The notes below the pieces were generated by a model. That model did no database searches and was not told the origin of the DNA. It saw nothing but the letters and a program-made list of their open reading frames with translations. This document shows positions 37,001 to 52,000 of a DNA stretch of 64,000 nucleotides, in pieces. The stretch comes from Antedon mediterranea. Its lineage: Eukaryota; Animalia; Echinodermata. Both the position numbers and the translations under genes were made by a program. The stretch is from the NCBI RefSeq assembly GCF_964355755.1, contig NC_092672.1, positions 6,262,001 to 6,326,000 on the forward strand, written 5' to 3'. Each line of letters begins with the position of its first letter. Position 1 is the first letter of the stretch.

Positions 37001-40000
37001 ATTTCCTGGGAACTAAGACATTATGAACCATCATGTGATCCACAAAAAAATTGAAAAAAAAACTTGAAAAAAAAACATGGTGTGGACGTTTTTCCACATT
37101 TAAGGGCGTGTGTGCCGTGTGTTGGATATTGGACTACTAATCGAATCCAAGCTCCCGTCTTGTATCTTTAGGCAAGACACTTTACTGACGTTTGCCTCTA
37201 TCCACCCAGGTGTACAAATGGGTACCCGGTTAGGTCAAGACCCAACTTTGCGCTGAATACTAGCTGCATTATGGGAGTATGTTTCCATACGTGTTTGATG
37301 ACAAGGGTAATAATATGTACCGCACTTTCAGAACATTAGGCACTATATAAATCAAGGATATTATTATTATTTCTAACTTTTATGTTCAATGTGTCCATTA
37401 TTTATCAGATCAAACAAAAATTCTTTCACGTTCCATTAGACTATCTGAAAATGATTGTCCTAGTAAATTGAGCATGGTAAAACTTAGATGACTGCAAAAT
37501 TAATACAAGTTTATCTGATTTGTAGTTACCACTGAGAAAACCATTCAAACTTTTTATGGGCACTTTGAGAATTTAGGCCAGAGTAACGTGCAGTGCTAGC
37601 ATTATTACATACTTCCACTAAGGAAGTGCTTAGAAGCAGACATATTTATTAAATTTCCATGCTTAATCATCAATTACTCTGGAGACCGAGTCTTAAAGCG
37701 GACATCATTCAATAAAAATGTTACATGTGCACTTTTCTCAGAGACATTCATACATGAAAATATGGTTAAGGAAAAATTAGTTCAGCTAAAATTAATTTAA
37801 TTTTTTGTTTTAGTTTACATTTAAAACTATGTTCTTTGATAGGAAGAATTCAAACTTTTGATTTATTAAAATATTTCACATTTAAAAGCAACAGTCCATC
37901 TTAAATGACTCATCATTGAATAATAATGTTAAATATTTTGTACAGTTGCACTTAGTACTGTATATTTATTGACTATTCTACAATCAACAATTAATGCAAT
38001 TTACCAACACTTTCTATTTTCTGCAGATTTTAGAGGGCAATGCATTTTTTTCTGGTAATGCCTCTTTCAGATTAGGATTAAACTAGATTAGTGAACGATA
38101 AATATTGAAATAAACTGGAATGTGGACAAATTGCACTGTCATGTAATAGTAAAATCTACTGTATACATATAACATATTTACTATTTTAAACCGTCCTGCA
38201 ATAGTACAATCTACTCTATAGATTATTTATAACATATTTACTATTTAAACAGTCCTGCAATAGTACAATCTACTGTATACATTATTTATAACATATTTAC
38301 TAGTTAAACAGTCCTGCAATAGTACAATCTACTGTATAGATTATTTCTAACATATTTACTAGTTAAACAGTCATCAATAGTAAAATCTACTGTATACATT
38401 ATTTCTAACATATTTACTAGTTAAACAGTCATGCAATAGTACAATCTACTGTATACATTATTTCTAACATATTTACTATTTTAAACCGTCCTGCAATAGT
38501 ACAATCTACTGTATAGATTATTTCTAACATATTTACTAGTTAAACAGTCCTGCAATAGTACAATCTACTGTATAGATTATTTCTAACATATTTACTAGTT
38601 AAACAGTCATGCAATAGTACAATCTACTGTATAGATTATTTCTAACATATTTACTAGTTAAACAGTCATGCAATAGTACAATCTACTGTATACATTATTT
38701 CTAACATATTTACTATTTTAAACCGTCCTGCAATAGTACAATCTACTGTATAGATTATTTCTAACATATTTACTAGTTAAACAGTCATGCAATAGTACAA
38801 TCTACTGTATAGATTATTTCTAACATATTTACTAGTTAAACAGTCATGCAATAGTACAATCTACTGTATACATTATTTCTAACATATTTACTATTTTAAA
38901 CCGTCCTGCAATAGTACAATCTACTGTATAGATTATTTCTAACATATTTACTAGTTAAACAGTCCTGCAATAGTACAATCTACTGTATACATTATTTATA
39001 ACATATTTACTAGTTAAACAGTCCTGCAATAGTACAATCTACTGTATACATTATTTATAACATATTTACTAGTTAAACAGTCCTGCAATAGTACAATCTA
39101 CTGTATACATTATTTATAACATATTTACTAGTTAAACAGTCCTGCAATAGTACAATCTACTGTATAGATTATTTATAACATATTTACTAGTTAAACAGTC
39201 CTGCAATAGTACAATCTACTGTATAGATTATTTCTAACATATTTACTAGTTAAACAGTCATGTAATAGTACAATCTACTGTATAGATTATTTATAACATA
39301 TTTACTATTTAAACAGTCATCAATAGTAAAATCTACTGTATACATTATTTCTAACATATTTACTATTTAAACAGTCATCAATAGTAAAATCTACTGTATA
39401 CATTATTTATAACATATTTACTAGTTAAACAGTCATGCAATAGTATACAAATAATGAATGTTTATGAGTGTAATGGTACAAATAATGGCATGAGGTGAAT
39501 GATGAAAGGTTATATTTCACCAAATGCCATTGTTTGTACCATTACACGATCGTTAAATAGTGTGTACTATTGCACGCCATGTGACCAACTATCGTCCAAT
39601 CAAATGACAGTGATTTATTTAGGTGTTATATAATAAAATCTACTATATACATTATTTATAACATATTTACTATTTAAACATTTTCCATTGCGCTTTGCAT
39701 AACTTTGTCTCATTTTCCATGTGTATAGGAAGTGAATGTTCAATACTTCTTTGTATTAGTCTACGTAGTATTGTAATGGGATACATTAAGTATTGCCAAA
39801 GGAATTAACAGATAAAGGCTGAATAGAGAGAATGTGATTGATAACGATAATGAATACATAATGTGTGTGCCACCGAATTCTGAAGAATGTGACCTGTATT
39901 TCTTTATGATAATGTGGAAATAACATTGTATTTATATGAGCCTTTCCGAGGAGTATAAGTCCACAATTTTCATACAAAATGATTTGTGTAGGTATAGGCT

Positions 40001-43000
40001 AACCTGTTGCATATTGATTCAAAGTACATTAATTTTCAGCATGTGAGGAATAAAACAATCTACTACTATAACTACACTACATGAAGTGTGTATGTAAAAA
40101 ACAAAAACAAAACAACAGTACTGTGTTGATTAATTTTGTACATGTTCAATTTAAAGGGGAAAAAAAAACATTTCTCACCTAATAAATGATTACACAAGAT
40201 TTTGTTCATTTGTTCATCTGATACCACAGCACACAGAGCTCCAACACAGCCAGCAGCCGCCATGCAACACACATCCTAAAAACACAGGGTAAAAAGTTAA
40301 AATACTTGAAAATAAATAGAGGGTAAGAAGACGAACAGTAGATAAATAATGATAAATGTTGAATGGGAAGATTATTTTCATGAGTTGAAAGATTGACAGT
40401 TCTAATTGTTGAGGCTGTGCTACTTGGAGCTTGGCTATGAGCTCACAACATACCATACAGGTTGGTTTTCTATCTTGCATCATTCATAATTCGCACTAAA
40501 CTCAAATATTTACAAAAAACTGAGCATGCAATAGTATCCCATTAAAATGGGAGAAAATAATGCATGGCATGTGATACTAAATCAACCAATCAAATGACAG
40601 GGATACACTTATGTTGTGTTATAATAAATAATATTACAATTTACCTCTTTTGTTGACAGTAATTCAAGTAGTGTATCAACAATTAATTTTATTATTGGTT
40701 CTCCTGCTTTTTTGCCAGCATTGGTAATAACACCTCGTAGAGCATGAAGCATGGTTTCCCTGCAAGATAACGATTGCAGATTACTTGCAAAGACACCCCC
40801 ACCGGTCTTTGTAACTTATACATCTCTGACACATAATAAGATGTCATATGCCTTGGCATTTGTTATCAATGACATATTATTATCACCTATGCGCCAACAT
40901 GGGCAGCCATTGGTGCGTTTGATAGCGGAGACTGCTCAGAAGGAGCTTTTAGTTCTATCTACACTATTGAACTATAGTTTGACAAAAAAGTGTGATATAC
41001 CCAAATACGGTAGTGATATGACATCACCATATCCATATATGGGCACATCATATTTTTGTTGTCAGAGATATTTAGTTAGTTTTGATTGCACCAAACAAAC
41101 AACTACACTTACTCAATTGGACTGAAAAAAACCTCACAAACAATAATGAACGAAGCATTGTGGTATCTTCTGCAACTACTCCATTTCAATTTTCTCTGCT
41201 ACATGCTACTAAACTAAAGAGTGTGAAGTAGACAATACATGCCAATATTTCAAAAATGCTAATAAAGTGTATATTTCTCTTACCTTATTGCACTGTCATT
41301 TTCACTGTTCTTGATACCATTATGAAGTTCTGTAAACAGCGGATCGACCCTTGTGTGGATAACGACCAGTTTGCCAAGTGCAGAGCCTGCTTTCAGACGT
41401 ACAGCTCGGTTAGGGTCGTTCAATGCTCTTAGGAACGTCGTTTGAAGTTGTGGCAGGAAGGGTTTAAGCATCATACCAACCTAAAGTGGAACAACGTACA
41501 TACATGAAGTGTTTTTTGATTGGTACCAAAATAAGTTCAACTAAAAATGTTAAGATTTTGATTCTCGCGATGTTCAGTTGACATTGAGAGAAGAAACATA
41601 ATCTCTGATTGTCCTTTCACTCAGATGTATAAATGGGTACAGGCTGGAACTAGCAACAGGTTAGGGGTTTCAACGGATTCTCATGCTTGTTGCTCTATGT
41701 CAGAAATACTTCATATTGCCTACTATATTATATACTAATGATTGCACTACCTGTATCAGAGTTAATGCCCTTCCAACATCTAAACTATACTTAACTTGGA
41801 TTGAAATACTGTATTAGGTAGTTTTTTGTACATTCAATGACTACAGTATTCTATATTTTTACAATTTATATGCTATGTTTATTAATATTTGAATACAAAA
41901 ATAAAGGCAATACCTTTCCAAGTAACAATGCCAAAGTATTGAGCACTGCAACTTTCACGCTCCACACAAACCTATCCCCAAGAATCCTGATGAGCGGCCC
42001 TGTGATGTTCAGTACTTGAGGTTTGAGGGCAGCCACACTTGTGAAACGGATCACCTCGCTTAGACCACTGGCAGCTGCTTCCTTTGCTTCTTGAGGACCA
42101 TTTAGGATACCTTCTCGGAATATTGGTAACACAGGTGTGATACCCTATGAAGATAATACATTTTTGTAGACTTATGTATAATAATATTAAGCTCTGTCTA
42201 CACTATCTACTTTATGTGACAAAAATGTAATGTGCCCATATATGGACATGATGATGTCATATCACTACCATATTTGGGCACAACACACTTTAGGATACGT
42301 TCTCGGAAAATTGGTAACACAGGTGTGATACCCTGTGAAGATAATACATTTTTGTAGACTTATGTATAATAATATTAAGCTCTATCTACACTATCAAAAT
42401 TTATGGCTTACACATGGACACGATGACATCATATCACTACCATATTTGGGCACAACACCCATTTTTTGTCAAACTAGTTGATAGTGTTAGACAGAGCTTT
42501 ATATTTGATAATGCTAAAGAATATCTATTTCCACAGCAAAACTAAAAAGGAGATACAAAAACTTATACAGTTTACACAGTATACAACATTTTGTGATTAT
42601 TCTCGGACTGAATTACAAATGGAATTGACCAAATCCCACATAAAATTAGACAGTTTGATTATATACGAGCATGGGGTTATAGTACGATAGTATGATCATA
42701 GTACTCTAAGTGTAATGCAGGCAGTGGCATAACGTTGGGGGAAAAGTCCCCTGCTTTAGCACTTCTAAGGGGCCCTCTAACACTGGGTAGTTGCATTGGA
42801 TTGCTCATGCTCTGGGGCCCTTTGAGCTCTGGGGCTCCTAGGTTTAGCCAGTGAGCACTAATAGCCATTACGCCACTGAATGCAGGCTGTCCATAGCCGT
42901 AGTCACTTTGTAGTTTAACTTTATAAAATACATACCTTTCCAGGTATACAGAATCCTGGTAACTCCTGACCTTTGATGTCATCTGTGGCGTACCTGATGG

Positions 43001-46000
43001 CTTGTCGTAAAGTAGAGATGTGTTGTAATTGCTCTGTAGGGCCTAAAGACTATGGAAACACAAGAAATACATTAAGGCCTATATCAATAAAGTATGAATA
43101 GAGGCATGGAAGCAGATCACACTACACTATCAAACTTTATGTGACAAAAAAAGTGATATGGTCACGATGACGTCAAATCACTACTCCATATATGAGAACA
43201 TCACACTTTTTTGTCAAACTAGTTTGATAGTGTAGACAGAGCTCAGTAAATATTATTAACAACAAGATTTCAAAACAACAGTGGCAGTAGTTTAATGTCA
43301 AATACAAAATGTGTGTAGATTTCTCTTAGTTATTAATGATAGAAAGTTAACATCCCCAATCATTTAAAAATAAAAGAAATCGGTTACTTTGCCAAAGCAT
43401 TGGCCCTACCTCTCATGTAAAGAAAGGCAGGAATTTGACGACTTTGGATGGAACTTAAAATTAAAACAAAAAATCATTATGAAAGTCAGTAGTCACACAA
43501 TACAAATTAATATCACCAATAGATATTATAGTGATATTGCAAGAATATGCTCCAAATAACTATTGTATATATCAGATGCCAATTTATCAAGTTCGGAGAA
43601 AGTTTAAATGAATTGTGTATTGTGTCATGTGTGACGGTAACATTATTTGATCAAGCACTGTAAGCTGCACAGGTGATACACGTACAAGAGCTACAAGCTG
43701 TTTTAATAAAATAGGATATTTTAAATTGCATGATACCACACTCAAGTCTACTAAGCAACATATTGCATGTTCACCTGTGCTTGCTCACAAGGCAATTAGC
43801 GTTGTGATAGCTCCGCATTGCATTTGCAACTAACCCAGTTTCAGAACTTGGCACACGTCCCTAATAACAATTTTTATTGTCGGTACATTTCAAATTGAAT
43901 GATGAATAACTTTAATACTATTAAAAAGAACCAATACAATTCTTCTATAAAAGAAATGCTTGGCATTTTAACAGTTTATCCAGAAATTTTTTTAACATCA
44001 TATAAATTTGTTCCAGGCAACATAAACACACTGACAGTTAGCACTACAAAAGATGTACTGGATTGACATATAGTAATAATTGTTATAAACCTATGAGATA
44101 TAAACTAACAGATTACATAGTCTACCAATACAGTTTAACAATAGCCTATACAGCCACCTGGGACAGGACTTCCTCATAAGGGGGGGCTTAACAATCCCCC
44201 AAGGAATAGCCTCAAGCTTAAACAGGTGTTGATATGAATAAACTAATGTAAATATTTTACTAATAAGAAATTAAACAGCACTAAAGAGATCAATGAAAAT
44301 ATATATCCTTTAAAGCCCACAGGCCTAATAATACATGTAAAAGAAATTGACGATTATTATCTATTTACTCTATAGTTTAATGTGAAGAATATGTGTTTAG
44401 TTGATTGAACAAATAATTGTGATTTAATGTAATTATTTACAAATACTATGTCACTTGTCACAGGGGTTGTTCTGGGTAGTTGTGCCCGGCCTAAATCTCT
44501 TCCACCTAGTTTTAATTTTCACCTCTTAACCATCCATCCTAAACAATCTTGTTTATATGTCTATTGCCTTGTACAATCTTATGAAATGTAACTGCAAGCA
44601 TTGCATAGCAACAGAACTTATAGAGCTAGATTTCTGGTGAGCTCTCATATGGTAGCTTTAAAGTGCTGGAGAAAAGAGCGGTATAAATGGTTCCTCTACT
44701 TTTCTTCCTTTTTTGGTTATCTTGGGATATTTTAGGATCATTTTTGTGCGTAAAGTCCTTAGAAACATTGTATTATTATTATTTGCAGGCCACTGCTATT
44801 GAGTAAAAGATAAGGTCATTGCCGACATAATCTTTATAAGACTACCATGTATAGGTAGAAGAACACTGACTACATTGTATGTATTGTACGAGATACCAAC
44901 AATATATTATGACCTGCCATAGACTATGGCATTACGCTGTGAACTCCACTTCCAATGCGTCCAATTGATTGATTTTTTTTTATGCATTAAGCATTGAGAC
45001 TTTTGTAATGTGCAATATGACATGCATTCTACATTAAATTGTACCATCACTAGCTGCAACCTATATTCACAAACTAATAAAACCCCAGTCAAATATAAAT
45101 CGTATTAATTAAATATTTCGCAATTTCATTCATTCTGTTTCAAAAGATTATAAACACTAAATTAATACGTCTTCCTTATTTACCCTTCTGACTCAGTTCA
45201 TTCTTAAGATGAGGTCTGTTTTACAGAAGGAAACAGCTTCCCCAGAGCCAGACAAACTATGTTTGTACACCTGTGTTTAGTGAGACATTTTCAGTCTGTT
45301 GGGAGCTGACCCTTCAATGTGATTTTACAGGTCATCTTTACTCAGAGGGATATTTGCTCTATTGGGTTAAAGTACGTCTGTATTCAATTCACCAATTTGT
45401 CCTAACTAAACTAAAACAAAGTGTAAAATAAATTTCTTTTTTACGTAAAATTCTCTATAAATTTTTTGTTTGTTGCCAAACTTCACAATGTATTTTTTAA
45501 AGATATTTTGCATTTCTTTAATAGCTATTTAATTAAACAAGGCCAACAGCCATTAAGTCGCGTGCTACAATGCATAGTGATACTGGACCGACAGACAGGA
45601 CCGACAGACAGACAGACCGACCGACATAGTGAACTATACTGACCGAAATTACTGAACATGTTTAAAAATGTTGAAATGTTTAAAAACATTTATATTTTTT
45701 TAATTTACACGTGCGTAGCCTGTAACTTTTGACGTGCTCGTATAACGTAATTTCGAGTTGAAAAGTAAGTCAAGAAAACAGAAATCGGGCAAAAAGAGTG
45801 CGCAATAACATTTAACGCGCAGTGCGCGCAAAAATATGCGCACCCATGGCAATTTTGTAAACGCTTAAAATTGCCTGAAACGTACTCTTATTTCATCGAA
45901 AATAAATTTTGAAAATTTTAAGCGCGCGTACGCATGCGTTACATGCGCTACGCACGTAATTGTATTGCCATATGATGATTTATGCCCTGAAATTTATGAG

Positions 46001-49000
46001 TACCAAATTTTATTTAATTGTGATTCATGGTTGTGAAGATATGATTACAAACGTGATTTCGTTAAATCGTGCGTAGACCGCATAATTTTTTATTGCGCAC
46101 CGTGAAAACATAACCACATTGATTCCTGGCCATAAGGAATATACTGTGAAAAATTGACCTAGCTAGATTAAACTGATATCAAGATAAGGTCAGAAAGCGA
46201 TAAAACGCATAGTGATACCGGACCGACAGACAGACAGACAGACCGACCAACCGACCGACATAGTGAACTATAGAGTCGCTTCCACGCGACTAAAAATGTA
46301 TAATAGTGTAGAACCGCTTTTTTGGGACACACCTATTCAGGGAAATCCCTAATTAGGGGAACCCTTAATTAGGGTGTGTTGGACGTTGGACTACTGATCG
46401 TGTGATCATGGGTCGAATCCCACTCTCGCCGCATTGCTTGTATCCTTAGGCAAGATACTTTACCCAGGTATATTATATAAATAGGTCCTCGGTTAGATCA
46501 AGACACAACTTTACGCCGATTACTAGCTGCATTATGGGAGTGTGTTTCCATACGTGTTGACCGGGTAATAATGTTAAGCGCTTAGAGGTTTCACAACATT
46601 AGGCGCTATATAAATCCAGGATATTATTATTATTATTATAATCATGAGACACTGTTTATTAAGGGGACACTTGGAAGGGATTCTATTGTACTATCTAAAT
46701 CAACATTTCACTGATTTCATATTTTGGAATTATAGTTTAATATAGAAACAGATTCAAATCTATATTTAGAATACTTACCTTTATTACAGCATTGAGGGCG
46801 TTCCAACTACAAATCAACACAGCCTCATCTTTATCTTTAAAAAGTTTAATCAGGTCTCGCATCAATTGTGGGATGAACTCTGTCAAATCGGTTTTCCCCT
46901 TGCTACAAATGACCTCTAATAGTACGACCGCTGACCAACGTATTCCCGAGTCCTCGTTCTTTGTTGCTTGCAAAAGTTCAGTGAGGACGACCACCTGGCC
47001 GTTCTCGTCTGCGACTGATAGTACAACGGCTTGGCAGTATGCCAATTCCTGAAACATTGCAGGTGTTGTTTTAATATTAAGGAACAAGGTATTGTCAAAG
47101 GTATAGTAGAAAGGTAAGTCGGTAAAAAGGCAATAACCAAAAGGACAGTAAGCCGTGTTATGATACATAGTATAAAGCTCTGTTTACACTATCAAACTTT
47201 ATGTCACAAAAAATGTGATGTGCCCATATATGGACGTGTCATATTACTACCATATTTGGGGACACTTTTTTTGTCAAACTAGTTTTATATTGCAGACAAA
47301 GCTTTAGTCATGTTTCATCATGCCATGATGATGTCATATCACTACTATATTTAGGAATATCAGTACCATATTTAGAAATATCACCACCATATTTGGGCAC
47401 ATCACACTTTTTTTTTCAAACTAGTTTGATAATGTAGACAGAGCTCAACACTCAGTTATGAATGCTTTTGCCAAAAAAAGTGTAGATAAAAAATATTAAG
47501 GAGAACAACCCAAAGCAAAAATTAGACAACTGTACCTGCTGTTCCTCTTCCGTTCCCATCTTCTCCTTAAGGGCAGACAAGATAGCCGGAAGAATCCGGG
47601 TTAGGTATCTACTGAGACTGTCGCCGGCAACTTCTGAGAGTATCGACAATGCTTTGGTGTTTACGGGGGCCTGTACAAGTTTTGGGACGAGGAACGGCAG
47701 AACCACACGACTTTTGACTGCCATCACATTCTTGAGACCATCAAGGGCGTACGCACCGGTCTCTTCATTATCAAGTTGGTTTAGTAATGCTGGCAGAATA
47801 TCATCCAGTGCACGGTTGCCTATAAACGAATATATTTTAATGTTAGTTAGTTCATAATTGATCTAATAATGTATATATGAATATACATAGCTCCCGTTCG
47901 TTAGCCCTATGTACTTTTTTTTTTTTGCTTTTTTTTCCCCTTGTCTTTGTTGTTTACTTTTTTGTAAATCACAGGTTTGCCCATTGGGATTGTTGTGAGG
48001 TTTTATATACTGAATAAATAAAAAAATTAATAAAATAAATAAAAACACAACGGCAACTGCTCATTGGGATTGTTGTGATGTTTTATATACTGAATAAATA
48101 AAAAAATAAATCATATAAATAAAAACACCTGCAATAGTTCAAAATACATTAAAAACACATTTGATTATCATAGTAGCAGCAAACATTTTATGGCTTGTAT
48201 GCATAGGATAGGAGAAATTCTACCACCTTACCAATAGTGCCGTGCAGATGATCAAATGTTCTAGCAGCAGCCTGACGAACCTCGGGCAATGGGTCAAAGA
48301 GGGCGGTCTTTACGGTTGGCACAAGATTATCAACATATGACAGAACCTAGAAAGTGTGATATAAAATTGTATTAACCAAAATGAATAAAATTTTTTAAAT
48401 ACTTTTTTATTTCAAAACTTCCAACAGAAATAAAATACATATATATAAATAACAAATTACCATGTTAATTACAATATGAAAACCAAAGTTAAACATAAGT
48501 TCATTAGTTATTATACTTGTTGCTACTAAACTGCATTCGCATTATGTATGTAACCTGGGGTTAGGAGGATTTGCCATTTATTAAAATTTCTACTTCAACA
48601 TGAAAAATACAAAATATAGGAAATTAATGTATGATTAGTAATAATAAAATTATTATCATAATCCAGCAAATTCAAATATTTATATCAAATGATTTAAAAT
48701 ATGTATTAAATTAACATTCTAATTAATGTTGACTAAGTTAATTTCCGACTAGAATTTCAATTTGTAGAGATTGTTAATTAAAATTCAAGGTTACAACTAA
48801 TTAGATTAATTAGAAAATGTTAAATTCAAAATAAATGTGTTGCAATTACGGGATGTTTTTCACGAGACGGAAGGACGCTGTGGTTGGGTAGGAAACATAA
48901 CATTTATGGATTAATGTTTCCATATTAGGCCTGCAGAGAAAAATTAAAATCGTGGTTTACCAAATCGTTATAAATCTGTGGTATAAAAAAGAGTGAGGAT

Positions 49001-52000
49001 ATGGCATGGTGAATGACCCAGATTCTATGTTGAACTCTTTGATAAGACTTTTTTTAAAGATAACTATTAAGGTAGACCTAGGGCACGTTCTTATTTCGTA
49101 CAATTTCCACATGTAATGGTCGCGCGTGGTGTAAATTTTGAGATAAACCAGTTGTTTCAAAAACCCAACTAATAAGGTGGATTTTTCAATTACACCTTTC
49201 CGCAAGCTGATTACCCACAAGATAAGGAGCAATTTGACCTTACTAGTGTAAAAATATGCATGAAATATGACCTTGCTAGGAAAATATTTTCAGTTTACAA
49301 ATTACAAACAGTTCGTCTGGTAAGTCACAAGAATAATTTAGGTTACACATGTGAATGAGTTTAAAGTCTGAACACATCCTTAGATTGTAAGTTCAAGTTG
49401 GTGGTTTGGAGTGTACACGATCAGTGTATTTTCTTGTTTTTTTTAAAATTCCTATGCAAAAAATTGAGAAACTCTATTCCAACAACTCAATATATGTTGT
49501 GATAGTTTCTGCAACTACCCCAATTTTAGAATTTAGAATTTTATTATTATATTTTTTTAAATCTCCGATTAATAAAACTTGAATGTAAATACCTGATCTT
49601 TACTTGTTGAGACCATAATTTCACTAAGCCCTACACATACGCCTTGACGCTTATCCGCATCCCCTGATTTTAACCCTTCTTCCAGGATCGGAATAATCTC
49701 TGGTAGCACACGATCTCCAAGCTTGCGTACAAGATCACCGAGTGTTCTAGCCGCAACCTGATAGGAACAAGAAATTTTAGATTAAATTATTAATTGATTT
49801 GTACAAACTAGCTTGAAGATGAAGAAATTATAATTTTTCATGAGCCCCTAATAAATTTACATTATGGTGCAGCCATTATTCATTGGTTTCTCTCCATGGT
49901 GGCTTGTTTTTATCTGTCTATGGTCCTGAAATGCTTAAATTAAATACTTCTCACTAACCTGTCTTTTATCATAACTCGTACTAGCCAAACACCCAAGTAA
50001 AAGTGAGAAAAGTGTTGGTAATATCTCTTTCAGTGTCCTAGCAGTGTTATGTACAACAATTTTCCATACGTGTAGCGCAGACTGACGGACCAAAACGGCA
50101 GTGTCAGATCGGCCCATGTAAAGCCCGGCAAGTACATGATTACGACGCTCTTCTCCAAGTACTTTTTTGATAGCCTAGTATAAAATAAATTATATATATT
50201 ATATTCTGTACCTAAAAATAAAATTTGTACATGAGGATAAATAAATACAAGATAAATATATATTTCTAATTTTGGAATGATTATATTATGGATTTATCAG
50301 ATACAAAACAAAGAAAGATATTATAGTCAACTTTCTCAATACCGGACGTCTTTGGGCTGGGCTAATATATTTGGTTTTCCAGAAAATCTGGTATCGGAAT
50401 GTGTTGGACCTCAAAAAAAGTTTTGAGAATGTTTTTGGTTTTCAAAGAGTCCGGTATTGAGAGAGTTGACTCAATTACGTAATCTCTATTATTTTATTTA
50501 CCTTAGTAGACCTTTCTGTTCCAAAGTTATCATCCTCTGACCCTACAGTCGTCATCTTGCCTGTGACCCCAGATATCTTGTATAAGAGATCTCCTAGCAG
50601 CTGAATTGAACTCAATCGGATTCGCCAATTCTCATCAAAAAGGCCCCGTTCCAACTCTGGTAGGAACACAGTTACTGCGGTATCAGCGTACATGTTGATG
50701 ATACGCTGGCCAGCTCGTAACGCTGTGTCTCTTACGTATTCACATTCGTCAGCTAAGGCCTGATAGAAAAAAAAATTAAAATATAATTTGCTATATTTCA
50801 TACAAGCATTATTAAATATATAAAATTGCATCAATATTGCTTCCAAAATGTGGAAGACATGAATTTAATGATGAATGAAATGATCAAAGGTTATATCTAT
50901 AAATATAACCTGTGGTCATTTACCTCATGAAATTATTTGCACCATTCCACTCACAAATATTCATTATTTGTATAATATACAATGATAATAATAGTGCTTC
51001 CAAATGTGGAAGACGCACATGAATTTAAGTCATATTTCTATAAACATTTGTTCATAACTTGAGCATTGGAATGATAAATGCTACCAATATATGGCAGAAA
51101 CTTATATACAATTATTTTAATACTGCTTTCAAAAAATGTGGAAGACGCACATGAATTTAAGTCATATTTCTATAAAAATTTGTTCATACCTTAAGAATTG
51201 GAATGATAATGCTACCAATATACGGTAGAAATTTTTCGCCGAATGTTCCTGGTAGGTAGATAAACATCATCATGTATCCATCTTTAACATGTGGAGGGAT
51301 GTCAGCAGCTGATGCAGTCTTTATGATGTCTGGCATGTGCTTGTCAAGTTTAGTGATTCCAAGCCCAGCTATGACCTCACTCATACCTAGAAAAGTATCA
51401 ATATCCTCATATACATGTTTTGGATTTGTTTTGTTTATACATTTAGGAAATTTGCCCCAGATAACCATAAGGTGAATTCATTCACTATCGTTCTTAAAGG
51501 TGACAAGACAAACAAATTCACAAGATGTCCTACTGTACATAAACAGTCTTATTAAAAGTCTTATTACAAGTTTTTGGGAGTGGAGTTGTATTTACACTAC
51601 AACCCATATTAGGGTATATGTCCACTTTTAGTGATCAATAGGGGTTGAAAACATATATTACACCTTGTTTGTTTCAAAGGTAAGTGTCCCTTTAATAGAG
51701 GGTCCCTTGCTTATGGATTGGGTAGTGTTAAAACATATATTGCACCTTGTTTGTTTCAAAGGTAAGTGTCCCTTTAATATGGGACCTTGATTACGGATTG
51801 GGTAGTGTTAAAACATATATTGCACCTTGTTTGTTTCAAAGGTAAGTGTCCCTTTAATAGAGGGTCCCCTGATTACGGATTGGGTAGTGTTAAAACATAT
51901 ATTGCACCTTGTTTGTTTCAAAGGTAAGTGTCCCTTTAATAGAGGGTCCCCTGATTACGAATTGGGTAGTGTTAAAACATATATTGCACCTTGTTTGTTT

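Noticed and set aside
38138-39445. CRISPR-like appearance of the 59-bp array
   Set aside because: Contiguous units with no unique spacers, no cas genes, eukaryotic intron
40751-41125. 124-aa plus-strand ORF
   Set aside because: Runs through intron and a MITE A copy; no recognisable domain
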